This document shows, in pieces, positions 22,701 through 34,116 of a stretch of DNA of 43,940 nt; position 1 is the stretch's first letter; every line of letters starts with the position of its first letter. A program made the translations under genes and the position numbers. The stretch comes from Mitosporidium daphniae (taxonomy: Eukaryota): the NCBI RefSeq assembly GCF_000760515.2, contig NW_013546467.1, forward strand, positions 1-43,940, read 5' to 3'. Below the pieces are notes generated by a model. It was not told where the DNA came from. It ran no database searches and was given only the letters and a program-made list of their open reading frames with translations.

Positions 22701-23254
22701 CCCAAGAACGCACGGTCCTAATTTCGATCTTAAAATCGGCTATGAATGAGGACCCTTCGCAGAATGACCTCACACAGATGGCGCAACGGGCACGAGCTCT
22801 TATGGAAGCTGAACCGTCACTTGCCGCGCTCCTTTTATCGGAGACCTTTGATGCAAGCGAGACAAAGCAACTAAAGCTTTGTTCATTTTGCCAATTGATG
22901 ACAACAACAGCCCCGATTCCAGATACTCTGTTTGAGGTGCTCTCTGAGACCATAAGGCTTAATTTTGAGTCCTGGGTCGAAGATATGCCGTTGCTTGGTG
23001 TCAATCTTGGGCGTCTTCTGGCAAATTTGCTTGGCGGCCATCATGAGACCTTTAACGGGGGCACTGCTTTTGTGCCTCTCAAAATCTCGCCAGAAATTGG
23101 GCATAGTTATGCCATTGCACTCGCAGGGTCTTTGTTGCGCCACCTTAAAATTCCCCTTTCCCTTGAACAGGTCAAGGCGTGCACCGAATCCTTGGGCGTT
23201 GCACCTGGCGATCTGGACCTCTTTTGTGAGACGCACAAAATTCCTCGTATCTAA
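19790..23254 (+). CDS. TIF4631: Translation initiation factor eIF4G
   Basis: ISIKHPDT motif, eIF4E-binding YDKKMLY (YxxxxL-phi), MIF4G domain (LNKLTPDNFE, FDKAVDEPHFAPLYAGLC, KRRVLGNIAFIGHLY, SNRIKFAIMDLIDLR). Confidence 0.92.
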   Translation: MMASSTPNTIHTPSPPPAQQHSVDHRASKHALNPDPTFNATKQTRPNQRSSPAHGNNITQHTKRNGRPVVPSFTQEPALGSSTSTGRTTSPRPTYSSAASASIVSASGATEPHEQRRTSRHTHSGTLNLDLLPQRTQSAPPELHEEIPSSASTFTQVKVETKDNAEKKTEILPEILPEILPEILPAFVPMPSSMVDPSIESAQRPSHDGRDFIPNYYKPPAASYTSSSTLLYPTMPYPNSPYTLTGYTPHGIALYSMNYMPSPIASVSSPLVTSFAPPSSSSSSSSATLFVKPPTSRKTISIKHPDTKEEIVISKPTVLPDKVTPNAVEVQSEIDPKKDDVEPVCQLETTPCCEMILPTIVLSKVEPLEKEELAEKNTLEELLEGMSIEEPAAKVSQAEAVPLGEEKIENLSSRIYDKKMLYALLQSQKFECPSMEDTFRTFLDLLERASSYSLQGASRGGEKRHHHSGASGQKMGAPPGYEASGPPGFSRRQDGGASRSSRGDSSPSHGAIQRGRVSSTPLIARRAASPQPVLLPTEGRWVRPTLVKDESTKTDIVLRLVNGSLNKLTPDNFERLSMTVIQTLVGPLGVLVSAYPKLSKAVMANEEPVWSEDEDEARSLLAQVIGAFFDKAVDEPHFAPLYAGLCRVIADNPQLPEYPARKSTTDSTLAPVSMFRMALLHRCRAEYEKKIAWSNNSASSTSLSGSISCDTTATTDKSSACVSSGTEVLDEAEIEFTRLKTKRRVLGNIAFIGHLYKHGLLREEIILSLVQETLNASSSDEDDLECCIQMLNSTGSKLEASSAARLDVFFTKLHTLTTSESKLSNRIKFAIMDLIDLRKAAWHKDLISKVSQQQQQHTGRGPIGIASAPALLRSTSSSLGTPGRRRGDFTEVRSIATRLPTGKPSVNSSSVSTSAGFSSNKLSTTSASKNKFGLLNDIGVASDDSGNQNSLGSLSEKSDDEMDVDVNEHLTQERTVLISILKSAMNEDPSQNDLTQMAQRARALMEAEPSLAALLLSETFDASETKQLKLCSFCQLMTTTAPIPDTLFEVLSETIRLNFESWVEDMPLLGVNLGRLLANLLGGHHETFNGGTAFVPLKISPEIGHSYAIALAGSLLRHLKIPLSLEQVKACTESLGVAPGDLDLFCETHKIPRI
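20298..20345 (+). repeat. 12-nt coding repeat x4 (EILP)
   Basis: GAAATTCTGCCC repeated three times plus a variant GAAATTCTTCCT inside eIF4G. Confidence 0.9.
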
Positions 23255-23373
23255 TAAACTATGTATCATAGGAGGCCGTATCTAATAAGCCGTGTGTCTC
23301 GGGAGGCCGTATCTAATAAGCCGTGTGTCTCGGGAGGCCGTATCTAATAAGCCGTGTGTCTTGGAAGGCCGTA
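23246..23373. repeat. 31-nt tandem repeat x4 beginning in the last codons of eIF4G
   Basis: Unit CGTATCTAATAAGCCGTGTGTCTCGGGAGGC starts at 23246 (diverged), 23277, 23308 and 23339. Confidence 0.95.
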
Positions 23374-23422
23374 CTACCAACCTTAGTCCCAAATATCTGC
23401 ACAATTAATTTCTCTGGTTTTA

Positions 23423-26237
<2,815 letters not shown>

Positions 26238-26410
26238 TTGTAAAATTTTAAATTGCCAGTCAAACATCAATTCTCAAACTTTCGATTTGCGTAGCGCATA
26301 TAATTTAAATGAACAATTTTTTGCAATTCAAGCAGTGGCGTGGTAGACACCATCGTGATGGCAATTCCCACATTTTACTTTTGATCGGTAAAGTTTACAT
26401 CCTGCATTGC

Positions 26411-26489
26411 CCAATTGGCTGCATTCCGACTTTTCCAATTGGCTGCATTCCGACCTTTCCAATTGGCTGCATTCCGACCTTTCCAATTG
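26411..26489. repeat. 24-nt tandem repeat x3.3 carrying the CCAATTGG palindrome, in a divergent promoter
   Basis: CCAATTGGCTGCATTCCGAC(T/C)TTT at 26411, 26435, 26459, partial at 26483. Confidence 0.95.
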
Positions 26490-26507
26490 TGTGCATTTGC
26501 ATTTTTT

Positions 26508-26837
26508 ATGGAAAGTGAGGTTGGACTGGACAAAAGGAAAGCGATAAGCACAATTTCGGGCATGTTTTATCGGCACTCACATTAGACACTGCCAAGGAGA
26601 TATCCGCTCTTTTTGAAGTGTTGAAGGAATCGATATGGTATAAATATTTTGACCCTGAAAATGGATAGTGAGGTTTCGCAATTGAAAGAAAAAATTGCAG
26701 GTGAACTTGAGGAGGAATATTCAAGTGCAGAAAAAACCCTGCATTCGCTCTCAGAACGCAGGAAAAATATGCTTCTAAAATTTGAGCAATTTATTGCTTG
26801 GTCTATGGAGGAAAAAACGTCGTCCATAAGAAAATAA
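26508..26837 (+). CDS. Hypothetical ~90-aa coiled-coil protein, 3 exons (first intron GC-AG)
   Basis: ATG 26508. Introns 26560-26585 (GCATGT...TAG) and 26638-26668 give an open frame MESEVGLDKRKAISTISDTAKEISALFEVLKESICEVSQLKEKIAGELEEEY... Confidence 0.6.
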
Positions 26838-26840
26838 ATG

Positions 26841-27680
26841 CTACGATGGAAACGTTAATCCATCTGGACACTTCACTTCGGTTTTCATGCCAAATTTTGG
26901 GTCATATCCAAGCGGATGCAGTGGAAATATATTTACCGCAAGCTCCAGCGATATGGGAAATGAAGAGTCCGGGCCCGAGTTGCAATGATCGAGGATATCC
27001 GATAAAATTGGATTGGAAGAGCCTTTGGAAAGCAAATCTAAAACATGTGCGAAAAGAATGCAAACCTTGTCGTGAAACAGGAAAGTTTTTTTTAATAGAA
27101 AAGGGGATCTCCAAAGAAGTATTGCTCTTTGCGGCGAGGTCAAAGTCCGATAGGCGGCCAGACCCCAATACGGTGGAGGCCGACTTTACCTTGTACATTC
27201 CCTATGGATGGTCAGCGAATCGCCATACTGTCAATGAAAGCAGTGAGATCCTCCAAGGGATATAGTTTGGACTGTAAACCGTTGCATCAATCAAATAGTT
27301 GATGTGAAGCGAGAAAATACCGCCATTGTCCCCATTTTCTGCAAACGAGACAGAATCGCCAGGATCGGTCAAATGCTTGAGGTTGGTTGAAACAATCTGG
27401 AGAAAAGTTGCCAAAATCTGACCTGGGGGACTCTTGGAAATAAGAAAAAAGATGCGATTCCAAGTGCAGCCAGCAGAACCAACAGAATGGACATGCACAG
27501 CCTAAGTCCACAGCACCTACAGCATGGCCTTTTGTTGCTCTTCTTTATTATGCTTCTCGCGGGAGAAATGCCTATGCCAGAACCATTTTCCATATTTCCG
27601 TCTATAGGGGCGGGTGGGGCCCATTGATGCGCTGCATTTTTCCTATTTTTGAAACACCGAAAAGGGCCCCATTCTTTCAT
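26841..27680 (-). CDS. Single-pass membrane protein, LEA_2/NDR1-HIN1-like, 4 exons
   Basis: Cys cluster (CCRCC), TM helix, FLFPRVP, then V.SPNY motif. Introns 27397-27422, 27202-27228 and 27038-27065 link four ORF fragments. Start uncertain. Confidence 0.65.
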
Positions 27681-27870
27681 CGTGCTAAATCGATAAGAAA
27701 ACAAAGAAACGCCCAACAAGAGCCATCACGATCACAATAGATTCCAAATCAATGGAAAAATTGGCCAATTGTAGAATTCCATGGTTGGGGGATTCTGATT
27801 GGCCAAAATTTCAAACGGGTCGGATGTGTTTCCTAAATGAAGAAAGCTTATCACCAGCACTCGTACTTCG

Positions 27871-28852
27871 ATGGTATATTTTGCTTTAAGAATGGGAATT
27901 TCAAAGAACACATTTATGATGAAAATGATGACAGCAATAACGTGTTTCCTTTTATTTCTTCAAGTGTTGACCCCCGCCATGGCCGAGGCATCCACTGATG
28001 GCTCGCCTGGCGTCAGCAATTCTGAAGTTATTCAAGAAGAGACGAGCAAGGTATTGCCAGATCTTAGCAATGGTAGGATCATTCATCACCTAATGTGCAG
28101 TTTCGCTTCCACCGCTTCCAATCGACATTGATAATGGGAGTGTCTTTCCACAAATACTCGGCGGAATCGTTTTGGCATTGATCGGCGTGCTCTTTCTTTT
28201 TTTCGGATACAAATATTTTAAAAAGATTCTTTTTGTGATCGGAGCGTCAGCTGGAGCACTTTCTGCATACACCATTTTGCTTAACATCGAAAAGTCGATG
28301 ACAGACACTCCGCTTTTTGGAGATGCAAGGACGTTGGCGTTCGCCGGGATCTGTTTGGGATGTGCTCTTCTCTTCGGAGCGCTAGCCTTGGCCCTCTGGA
28401 AACTCGGGCTTCTCATTTCGGGTGGTCTTGGTGGTTTGGCATTGGGAATGTTTCTGCTATCTCTCCCACCAATAAACTCTTTCTTAATAGGCGAGAGCGG
28501 CTCCTCCATTGTCCGTCCAATTTTGCTGGCCGTCACGGTCTGTATAGGCGGTTTGATGTCCATTTTCTACGAATCTGTCGTAATAATGGCGTCCACAGCT
28601 CTCTTTGGCGCAGGATGTATATGTACCTGCATCGACATTTATGCAAAAACAGGCTTTGACGAAGCTATTCGAACCATTTTGCAGAACAAGGGGTCGGTAG
28701 ATATGAATAGCAGCTTTGCAGGCCTCCTAATATCATACGGTGTGCTCTTCCTGATCGGATTTTACTTGCAATATAAGGGCCAATTCCCATCATCCTCCAG
28801 ACGCAGACATGCGCTTGTGGCCGATGATCGCGCACCGGTTTACAAAGTATAA
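27871..28852 (+). CDS. TMEM198/TM7S3 (DUF4203)-like multi-pass membrane protein
   Basis: Signal peptide, then GVLFLFFGYKYFK, GGLGGLALG, STALFGAG..C..ID.Y. Intron 28073-28100. Start among several ATGs (27871-27928). Confidence 0.75.
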
Positions 28853-29047
28853 CCAATAAAAAGGGCTTCAAATTGTAAACTTTGCAGGTGCAAATTGAAA
28901 GGACTGCATTTGAAGCCAATGCAACCCTAATTGCAATCCAATCAAATCGATATCACGAAATTGGCGCATTCATGGAAAAGTTTTTCCCAACAGCTTTTTC
29001 GCCACTGGCCCTTTTTTCAGCAGACAAAACCTCTCTATCCGCCTGAA

Positions 29048-31198
29048 ATGACATCATCTTCGGATTCGACAAATTCCGGCTACTCACTTGCTGAAATCCT
29101 TGCTCCAGATTTTATCCCATCAAAGTTAACAAAGCCACAATTACGCTCACTTCTTCTTGAGCACGGGAATATCTCGATGGATGACTTTCCCTCGATAAGC
29201 GCAAAAAAAGATACCCTTATTGAGATATTTGAAGAACGCATCTTGCGACGCGCTCCGGAAATATTGTCAACCCACCGTGCGGCCTATGCATCCTCATCGG
29301 GAATCATTTCTGTTGCCTCTGATGGCAGTGAGCGCAGATTGTCAAGTGGAAGTGCAAACTTTTCGTCTGAAAATCCGTTTCAAAGTCCTGTTCGTTCTGT
29401 AGCCCGTGGAAGAACGACCACACCGGTAAAGGAAAAGGCTAGCAAAAGTGACGGTAAAGTCAGAAGCCGATCAAGGGCCTCTTCGACAGCCAGAAAACGC
29501 TCATCAAACCCGCGCTCGTCCACCTCTTCTGATAAGAAAAAAGAAGTTGGCACAAAAAGACGCTCATCATCCGTGGTTGTTGAAGTAATCGAGGAACCAT
29601 TTTCCGAGAATGTGATAAGCCCTCTTTTTAAGGCCACGGCAAGCAGAAAGAAATATTCTGCAGCATCCTTCAAAGAATCTGAATCTTTGCCTCAAAAATC
29701 AAATCCGTCGCCCAGAAAGCCTAGCCCGTCTCCCCGAAAGCCTAGCCCGTCGCGTATGTCGAGTTTATCCCCGAATGGACATAGACTGAAAAAAACACTG
29801 GAGTCGCCTACGGCTACGCGACGTACTGGACAACCCGCGCCAACGTACTCCTTTATGATGGCGCCCGGTGCTCTTCCCTCAATTTCAAAAGAGTGCTTTG
29901 AAAAGAAAAAAAGCCCCTCCCCGTTTTTGGCAATTCGTCGATTATTTCTGATCCTTTTTTTTGGGTCTGTAAGTGCTGCGGCGTATTTTCTGTTGTCGAT
30001 TTTTGTCTCCTATTATTCAGCAATCCCTTTCTGCAGATCTCCAATTGCAAGGATGGTGGCGGATACATTTTACGAGGCTTCATCCCATTCGTCCAATTGT
30101 GTTCTTTCTTCAACTCCTGTCGGTGAATCATCATGGAAGGATCTTGTCTTTTCGCCGATTCATAACTTTTTCAATTGCAAAGAAGAAGTTTCGATTTGCT
30201 GGGAATGCCCATCGCAGGCTTCATGTATCCCGGGGACTTCTTCCTGGAGTTGTGAGCCTGGGTATGCGCCGGGGAGATCTTGGGTTTTTTACCGCCCCGT
30301 TTGCTATATTGATTACAAACAGCAAGGAGCAGTGGATGCACTTGTGCTTGCCATTGAAGAGCTTCTTCGCAGGGTCCTTGGCGAGCATCTTTGTGCAGGC
30401 GGCGATTTAGACTCTGCTCCCTTCATCTCATCGATGATGTTGGCTGATCGCTTCAAGGCTCTTGATGGCCCATGGAGTGTTAATCTGACGACCCCAACAA
30501 ATCCGAATATCCCTCCCGTCATAAACTCGCATCGCTTTGAAGCGTTTCTTGCTGCAGCTCTTTCCAGAATCGCTGGCCGCCCAGAAAGCTTTGAAGTTAA
30601 AACTCTTCCTGTGGACCAGGAGCAGGAACATCCAAATCAGACCTGGTTCAGAGCACATACGCCATCTTTTTCGTTTGAATGTCGTTTTAGGCTTTTCTGC
30701 ATGCGCCATCGGCCATTGATTGCAATTTTCACTGTGATCGTCGCCATTGCAATTTGGATCAAGCGAACCGTTTCCAGTAGTTCTTTTTTCTGAGTTTTAG
30801 GAATGCGATCTTTGAGCAAAGACGCCAAGCTGCTCATGGAGACCGTGCTTGACAAGCTCATACAACAGGACTTTCTAAACCGCCAAGACTCGACCATGTT
30901 CCCTTCGTGCATCCCGGTGGCCCAATTGCGTGATGCCCTCATATCTGGACCTACATTTTCGCCCTCTTGTAACACAGAATCATATAGGCGACAACTTTGG
31001 AAGGAGGTAAGCTTTGGTTTTTAAGCCCAGGTATCGCGTCTCATTCATTCCAATAGCAATGTCCGCGAATCGACAACTCTTATCAGAGGCGAGCAGCACC
31101 GGGTATGGGAATGGATTGGACCGGAGGTCCTCAAGGCCTCTGCTTCATCTGGAGATATTTCGATGTTTCGAAGAAGCCTCTCTTCTCCTGTCCGATAA
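29048..31198 (+). CDS. SRC1: LEM/HeH inner nuclear membrane protein Src1/Heh1/Man1-like, 3 exons
   Basis: HeH domain PDF.PSKLTKPQLRSLL..H...SAKK..LIEIF, two TMs with a Cys-rich lumenal domain (C.ECP..A.C). Introns 30777-30800 and 31007-31030 restore the MSC end NSNVRE...GE..RVWEWIG. Confidence 0.9.
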
Positions 31199-31330
31199 TA
31201 AAAGTTGACGCGTTTCCCGCACCCGGGTTTTCAACGATCCATGTGCGCAAATAAGATCACCAAATATGATCAGCTGGGCTATAAACGATTTGAAGAGGGA
31301 GGCCACTGGCATCGTTACATGTGACCGGCA

Positions 31331-31651
31331 ATGCAGCACAGATTGATTTGCCAAAGAGGCATATCAAGGACGCTGCTAATGGATCAAAGTTGGCGAAAAG
31401 GACAAAACTGTATGCGAGTCGAAAGCAAGACGGGGTTATTTGTCGACGTTGACTTGGGCTGTTTTGCTTTTCAAATGCTGGATGATGTTCCCCACATTTG
31501 GAACAATAGAGCGATGCAAACACTAGACACCCACAACCCAGCCCAACTCTGTATGGTTTTGCGCCAGTGTCTCCATAATGTGCATGGTGTAAAGTGCAGG
31601 CAAATGCTTGTACGGCTATTGAAAGGATTAGATAGTTTAATAAATAACTAG
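31331..31651 (+). CDS. Possible orphan small protein (5' end unresolved)
   Basis: Open frame filling the Src1-Utp4 gap. Its TAG overlaps the Utp4 stop (CTAG), with AATAAA at about 31639. No family recognised. Confidence 0.3.
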   Translation: MQHRLICQRGISRTLLMDQSWRKGQNCMRVESKTGLFVDVDLGCFAFQMLDDVPHIWNNRAMQTLDTHNPAQLCMVLRQCLHNVHGVKCRQMLVRLLKGLDSLINN

Positions 31652-33969
31652 GAACGCTGAAAGGGAAGGGCCTTGCGGAAAGCTGGTGGAAGTTGAGCAT
31701 AGATGTCCTCAAGTGATCGTTCGATAACAACAATGTCGGACGCATTTGGAAACACGGCAATGATGGACGAGATCGGGTCATTTTCAGTACCTCGAGGCGT
31801 AGAAAGAATCAAAGGCAAAGCCAGAGAAACTTGTGCACCAACGTCTGCAGCAGTTGTGGCCACCTTGGGACCACAAGTCAAATTCGACATACCTAGAAGG
31901 CAGATATTTTCATTGGTGCGGAGATACTCCATATTCAAGCGATAGATGCGATCAGAATGCAAAATTAAATCGCCCTCAAGCATAAAGGCACCCTTCAGCA
32001 GAGACGAGCTTCTCGATGAAAGAGCCGGGGCAAGCGGGACAAGACTATACCGCAACAAGTGATTGCTCTTGAGATCCCAAATAGAAACAAGTGCATAAGC
32101 GAGAACCGGTGAGCCTGAAAAAGACAGGCTCTGGGAAAGATTAGAGATCCCCACAAGAATATCCTTGTAGACGACAGCATCGACAAAAAATGATCCTATC
32201 ATAAGGGAAGGAGGAGAGAGCCATCTTTGCTGAGAAGAAGCTCTCTCTACTATCAAAAGAGATGAAGACGAGCCAAGAATGGCGAATGTAGAAGTAGCTC
32301 TAATAAAATCGGGCGAAAAGACCGTCTTGGAACTGATATTCCAATCCTCCAGCTGGGTGACACTGTCACCCAGCTGGACAAGGGATACTTTCTTGGGCTG
32401 TACAATCCACAACAGAGGTGCCGGAAAATCTCCATCATCTCCACCGCTGGCCAAGGCCAAAAGATGGGGAGGCTTAGAAAGGGCGATAGAGCCGCCATCT
32501 TTCCAGGTCCCATCATCACTTCGCCTCCACAGCCTAATAGAGGGATGATGCTGTATACCAAGTGCCATCCAGTGCTCATCGAAAGCCTGTGTAAAAATAT
32601 GGTCATTGAGAGTGAACTGAAACTCTAAACTGGGCTCGCCGCCATTTTGCGGCAAAATACTCCAAATCTGACCGGAAATATTAGAAGTACCCCCCACACT
32701 GGTAACAAGAAACTTTCCAGAACCGTTCGTCGAGATAAACGAGCCTGGGATTTGGTCGAAATATGGGAAAATTTCATATCTTCCAAGGGCTTCCAATTTG
32801 AGGTCATGCAGGAGAAAATCTGGATCAAGGCCCGCACTTATTAGGTATGACCCGTTTGGTGAGACCGTCATCACGCGAACATCAAGACGGTGTATGGTAA
32901 TGGGGGCCATTCCGACACCCGTGGTCCATGTCCACACATCGACCCCACCTTCATCCCCGCTTGATGCCAACTTTTTAAAGCAATGCAGAGTAGGGTCAAC
33001 ACCAGCAGCAATAACCAGCTCCGAACCGGGGACAGATGCCAGAGATAACACCTCGCCTTCGTGAACACGATGTGTAGAAAGAAGACTCCCCGTAGACACG
33101 TTCCAAAACGAAATTTGGCCCCTTGAATCTCCAGCAACAACAACATGGCCTTTGGAGAGCACAGACAATGACCAGATCATTCCAGTATATCGATTGCCCA
33201 GATTCAGGATTTGCACAGATCGCAGTAAAGATCCAGCAACGATATCCCAAATAACGATATCTCCAAGCGACGATCCAGTTACCAATTGGTTTGTGCATGA
33301 ATTCCAAATCATTGACAGAATCCGAGTATCCTGCTTGCTATCGGTAAAAAGATGGCCTGGGAAAGCAAAACTCCTTGAAGTGGGTATGAAAAGCGGAACC
33401 TCTTCTTCTTTGCCGTTTGATACAAGCCTGAAAAGCCGAATGTGACAATCTTCAGACGCCACCGCCAACATCGAGCCATTATCCACCAAAGTGAGTGCCC
33501 AAATACCGCCTCCAGGCACATCAATGATCGAAGACTTTGGAAGACGCATGGCAATGTCCCACTCTGTAATCATGGACGAAAATGGGCCTGCCGTGAAAAT
33601 GCGACCAGAAGAAGTCCATAAAATGGAATCGATTGCAAAGCCCCGTGGGTCTCTCATCGAAGCACAAAGACGCCAGCTTACGACACGCTCGTATATTTGC
33701 AGAGAGCCATTTGCACGTCCAATGGCGAATTTTTTGCTCGAATTGTGCCAAGCAGCACTGTTTATCGCCGAGGGCATCCACTGAACAAAGCGGCATCGAT
33801 GCACACCCATGCGCTCCCCAGTTCCTGGAACGGACAGCTTTGTCTTTTCTTCTTCCCGAAGCATGTTAATTTTTCCATGTTTCCGGCGCCTTCGAGCACT
33901 CCTGGAAATTTTGGTCTGATTGAGGAGTACCGGAGAAAGTGCATCGCGGCCGCAGCATGAATCCCCCAT
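31648..33969 (-). CDS. UTP4: U3 snoRNP WD40 protein Utp4/Cirhin
   Basis: VHRCRFVQWMPSAI, AIGRANGSLQIY, LAVASEDCHIRLF, IWSL..L....VVAGDSRGQISFW, GVDP, H..DVR. Confidence 0.88.
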   Translation of the reverse strand: MGDSCCGRDALSPVLLNQTKISRSARRRRKHGKINMLREEEKTKLSVPGTGERMGVHRCRFVQWMPSAINSAAWHNSSKKFAIGRANGSLQIYERVVSWRLCASMRDPRGFAIDSILWTSSGRIFTAGPFSSMITEWDIAMRLPKSSIIDVPGGGIWALTLVDNGSMLAVASEDCHIRLFRLVSNGKEEEVPLFIPTSRSFAFPGHLFTDSKQDTRILSMIWNSCTNQLVTGSSLGDIVIWDIVAGSLLRSVQILNLGNRYTGMIWSLSVLSKGHVVVAGDSRGQISFWNVSTGSLLSTHRVHEGEVLSLASVPGSELVIAAGVDPTLHCFKKLASSGDEGGVDVWTWTTGVGMAPITIHRLDVRVMTVSPNGSYLISAGLDPDFLLHDLKLEALGRYEIFPYFDQIPGSFISTNGSGKFLVTSVGGTSNISGQIWSILPQNGGEPSLEFQFTLNDHIFTQAFDEHWMALGIQHHPSIRLWRRSDDGTWKDGGSIALSKPPHLLALASGGDDGDFPAPLLWIVQPKKVSLVQLGDSVTQLEDWNISSKTVFSPDFIRATSTFAILGSSSSLLIVERASSQQRWLSPPSLMIGSFFVDAVVYKDILVGISNLSQSLSFSGSPVLAYALVSIWDLKSNHLLRYSLVPLAPALSSRSSSLLKGAFMLEGDLILHSDRIYRLNMEYLRTNENICLLGMSNLTCGPKVATTAADVGAQVSLALPLILSTPRGTENDPISSIIAVFPNASDIVVIERSLEDIYAQLPPAFRKALPFQRS

Positions 33970-34116
33970 GCAGAATTTTAAATTTTATTGAAAATTAAAC
34001 ATTCTGTTTTAAAGGTTTACAAATTTACATTGCCACGTTTGTGGGCTGGTAAAAAATATTAATCATCACCGGTGGTGATGCAGCGGCATTCATTCTTTAT
34101 TAAGATGGCCGTACAT

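Noticed and set aside
23246..23373. CRISPR-like appearance of the 31-nt repeats (also the 24-nt repeats at 26411)
   Set aside because: Head-to-tail with no unique spacers, eukaryotic context, no cas genes.
31007..31062. CAG|GTATCG after the second Src1 intron as a third tandem-intron case
   Set aside because: The downstream bases encode VSRLIHSNSNVR, which is needed for the conserved W..V....NSNVR spacing, so they are exon. The same applies to AG|GT at 18396, 3823, 42738 and 43049.
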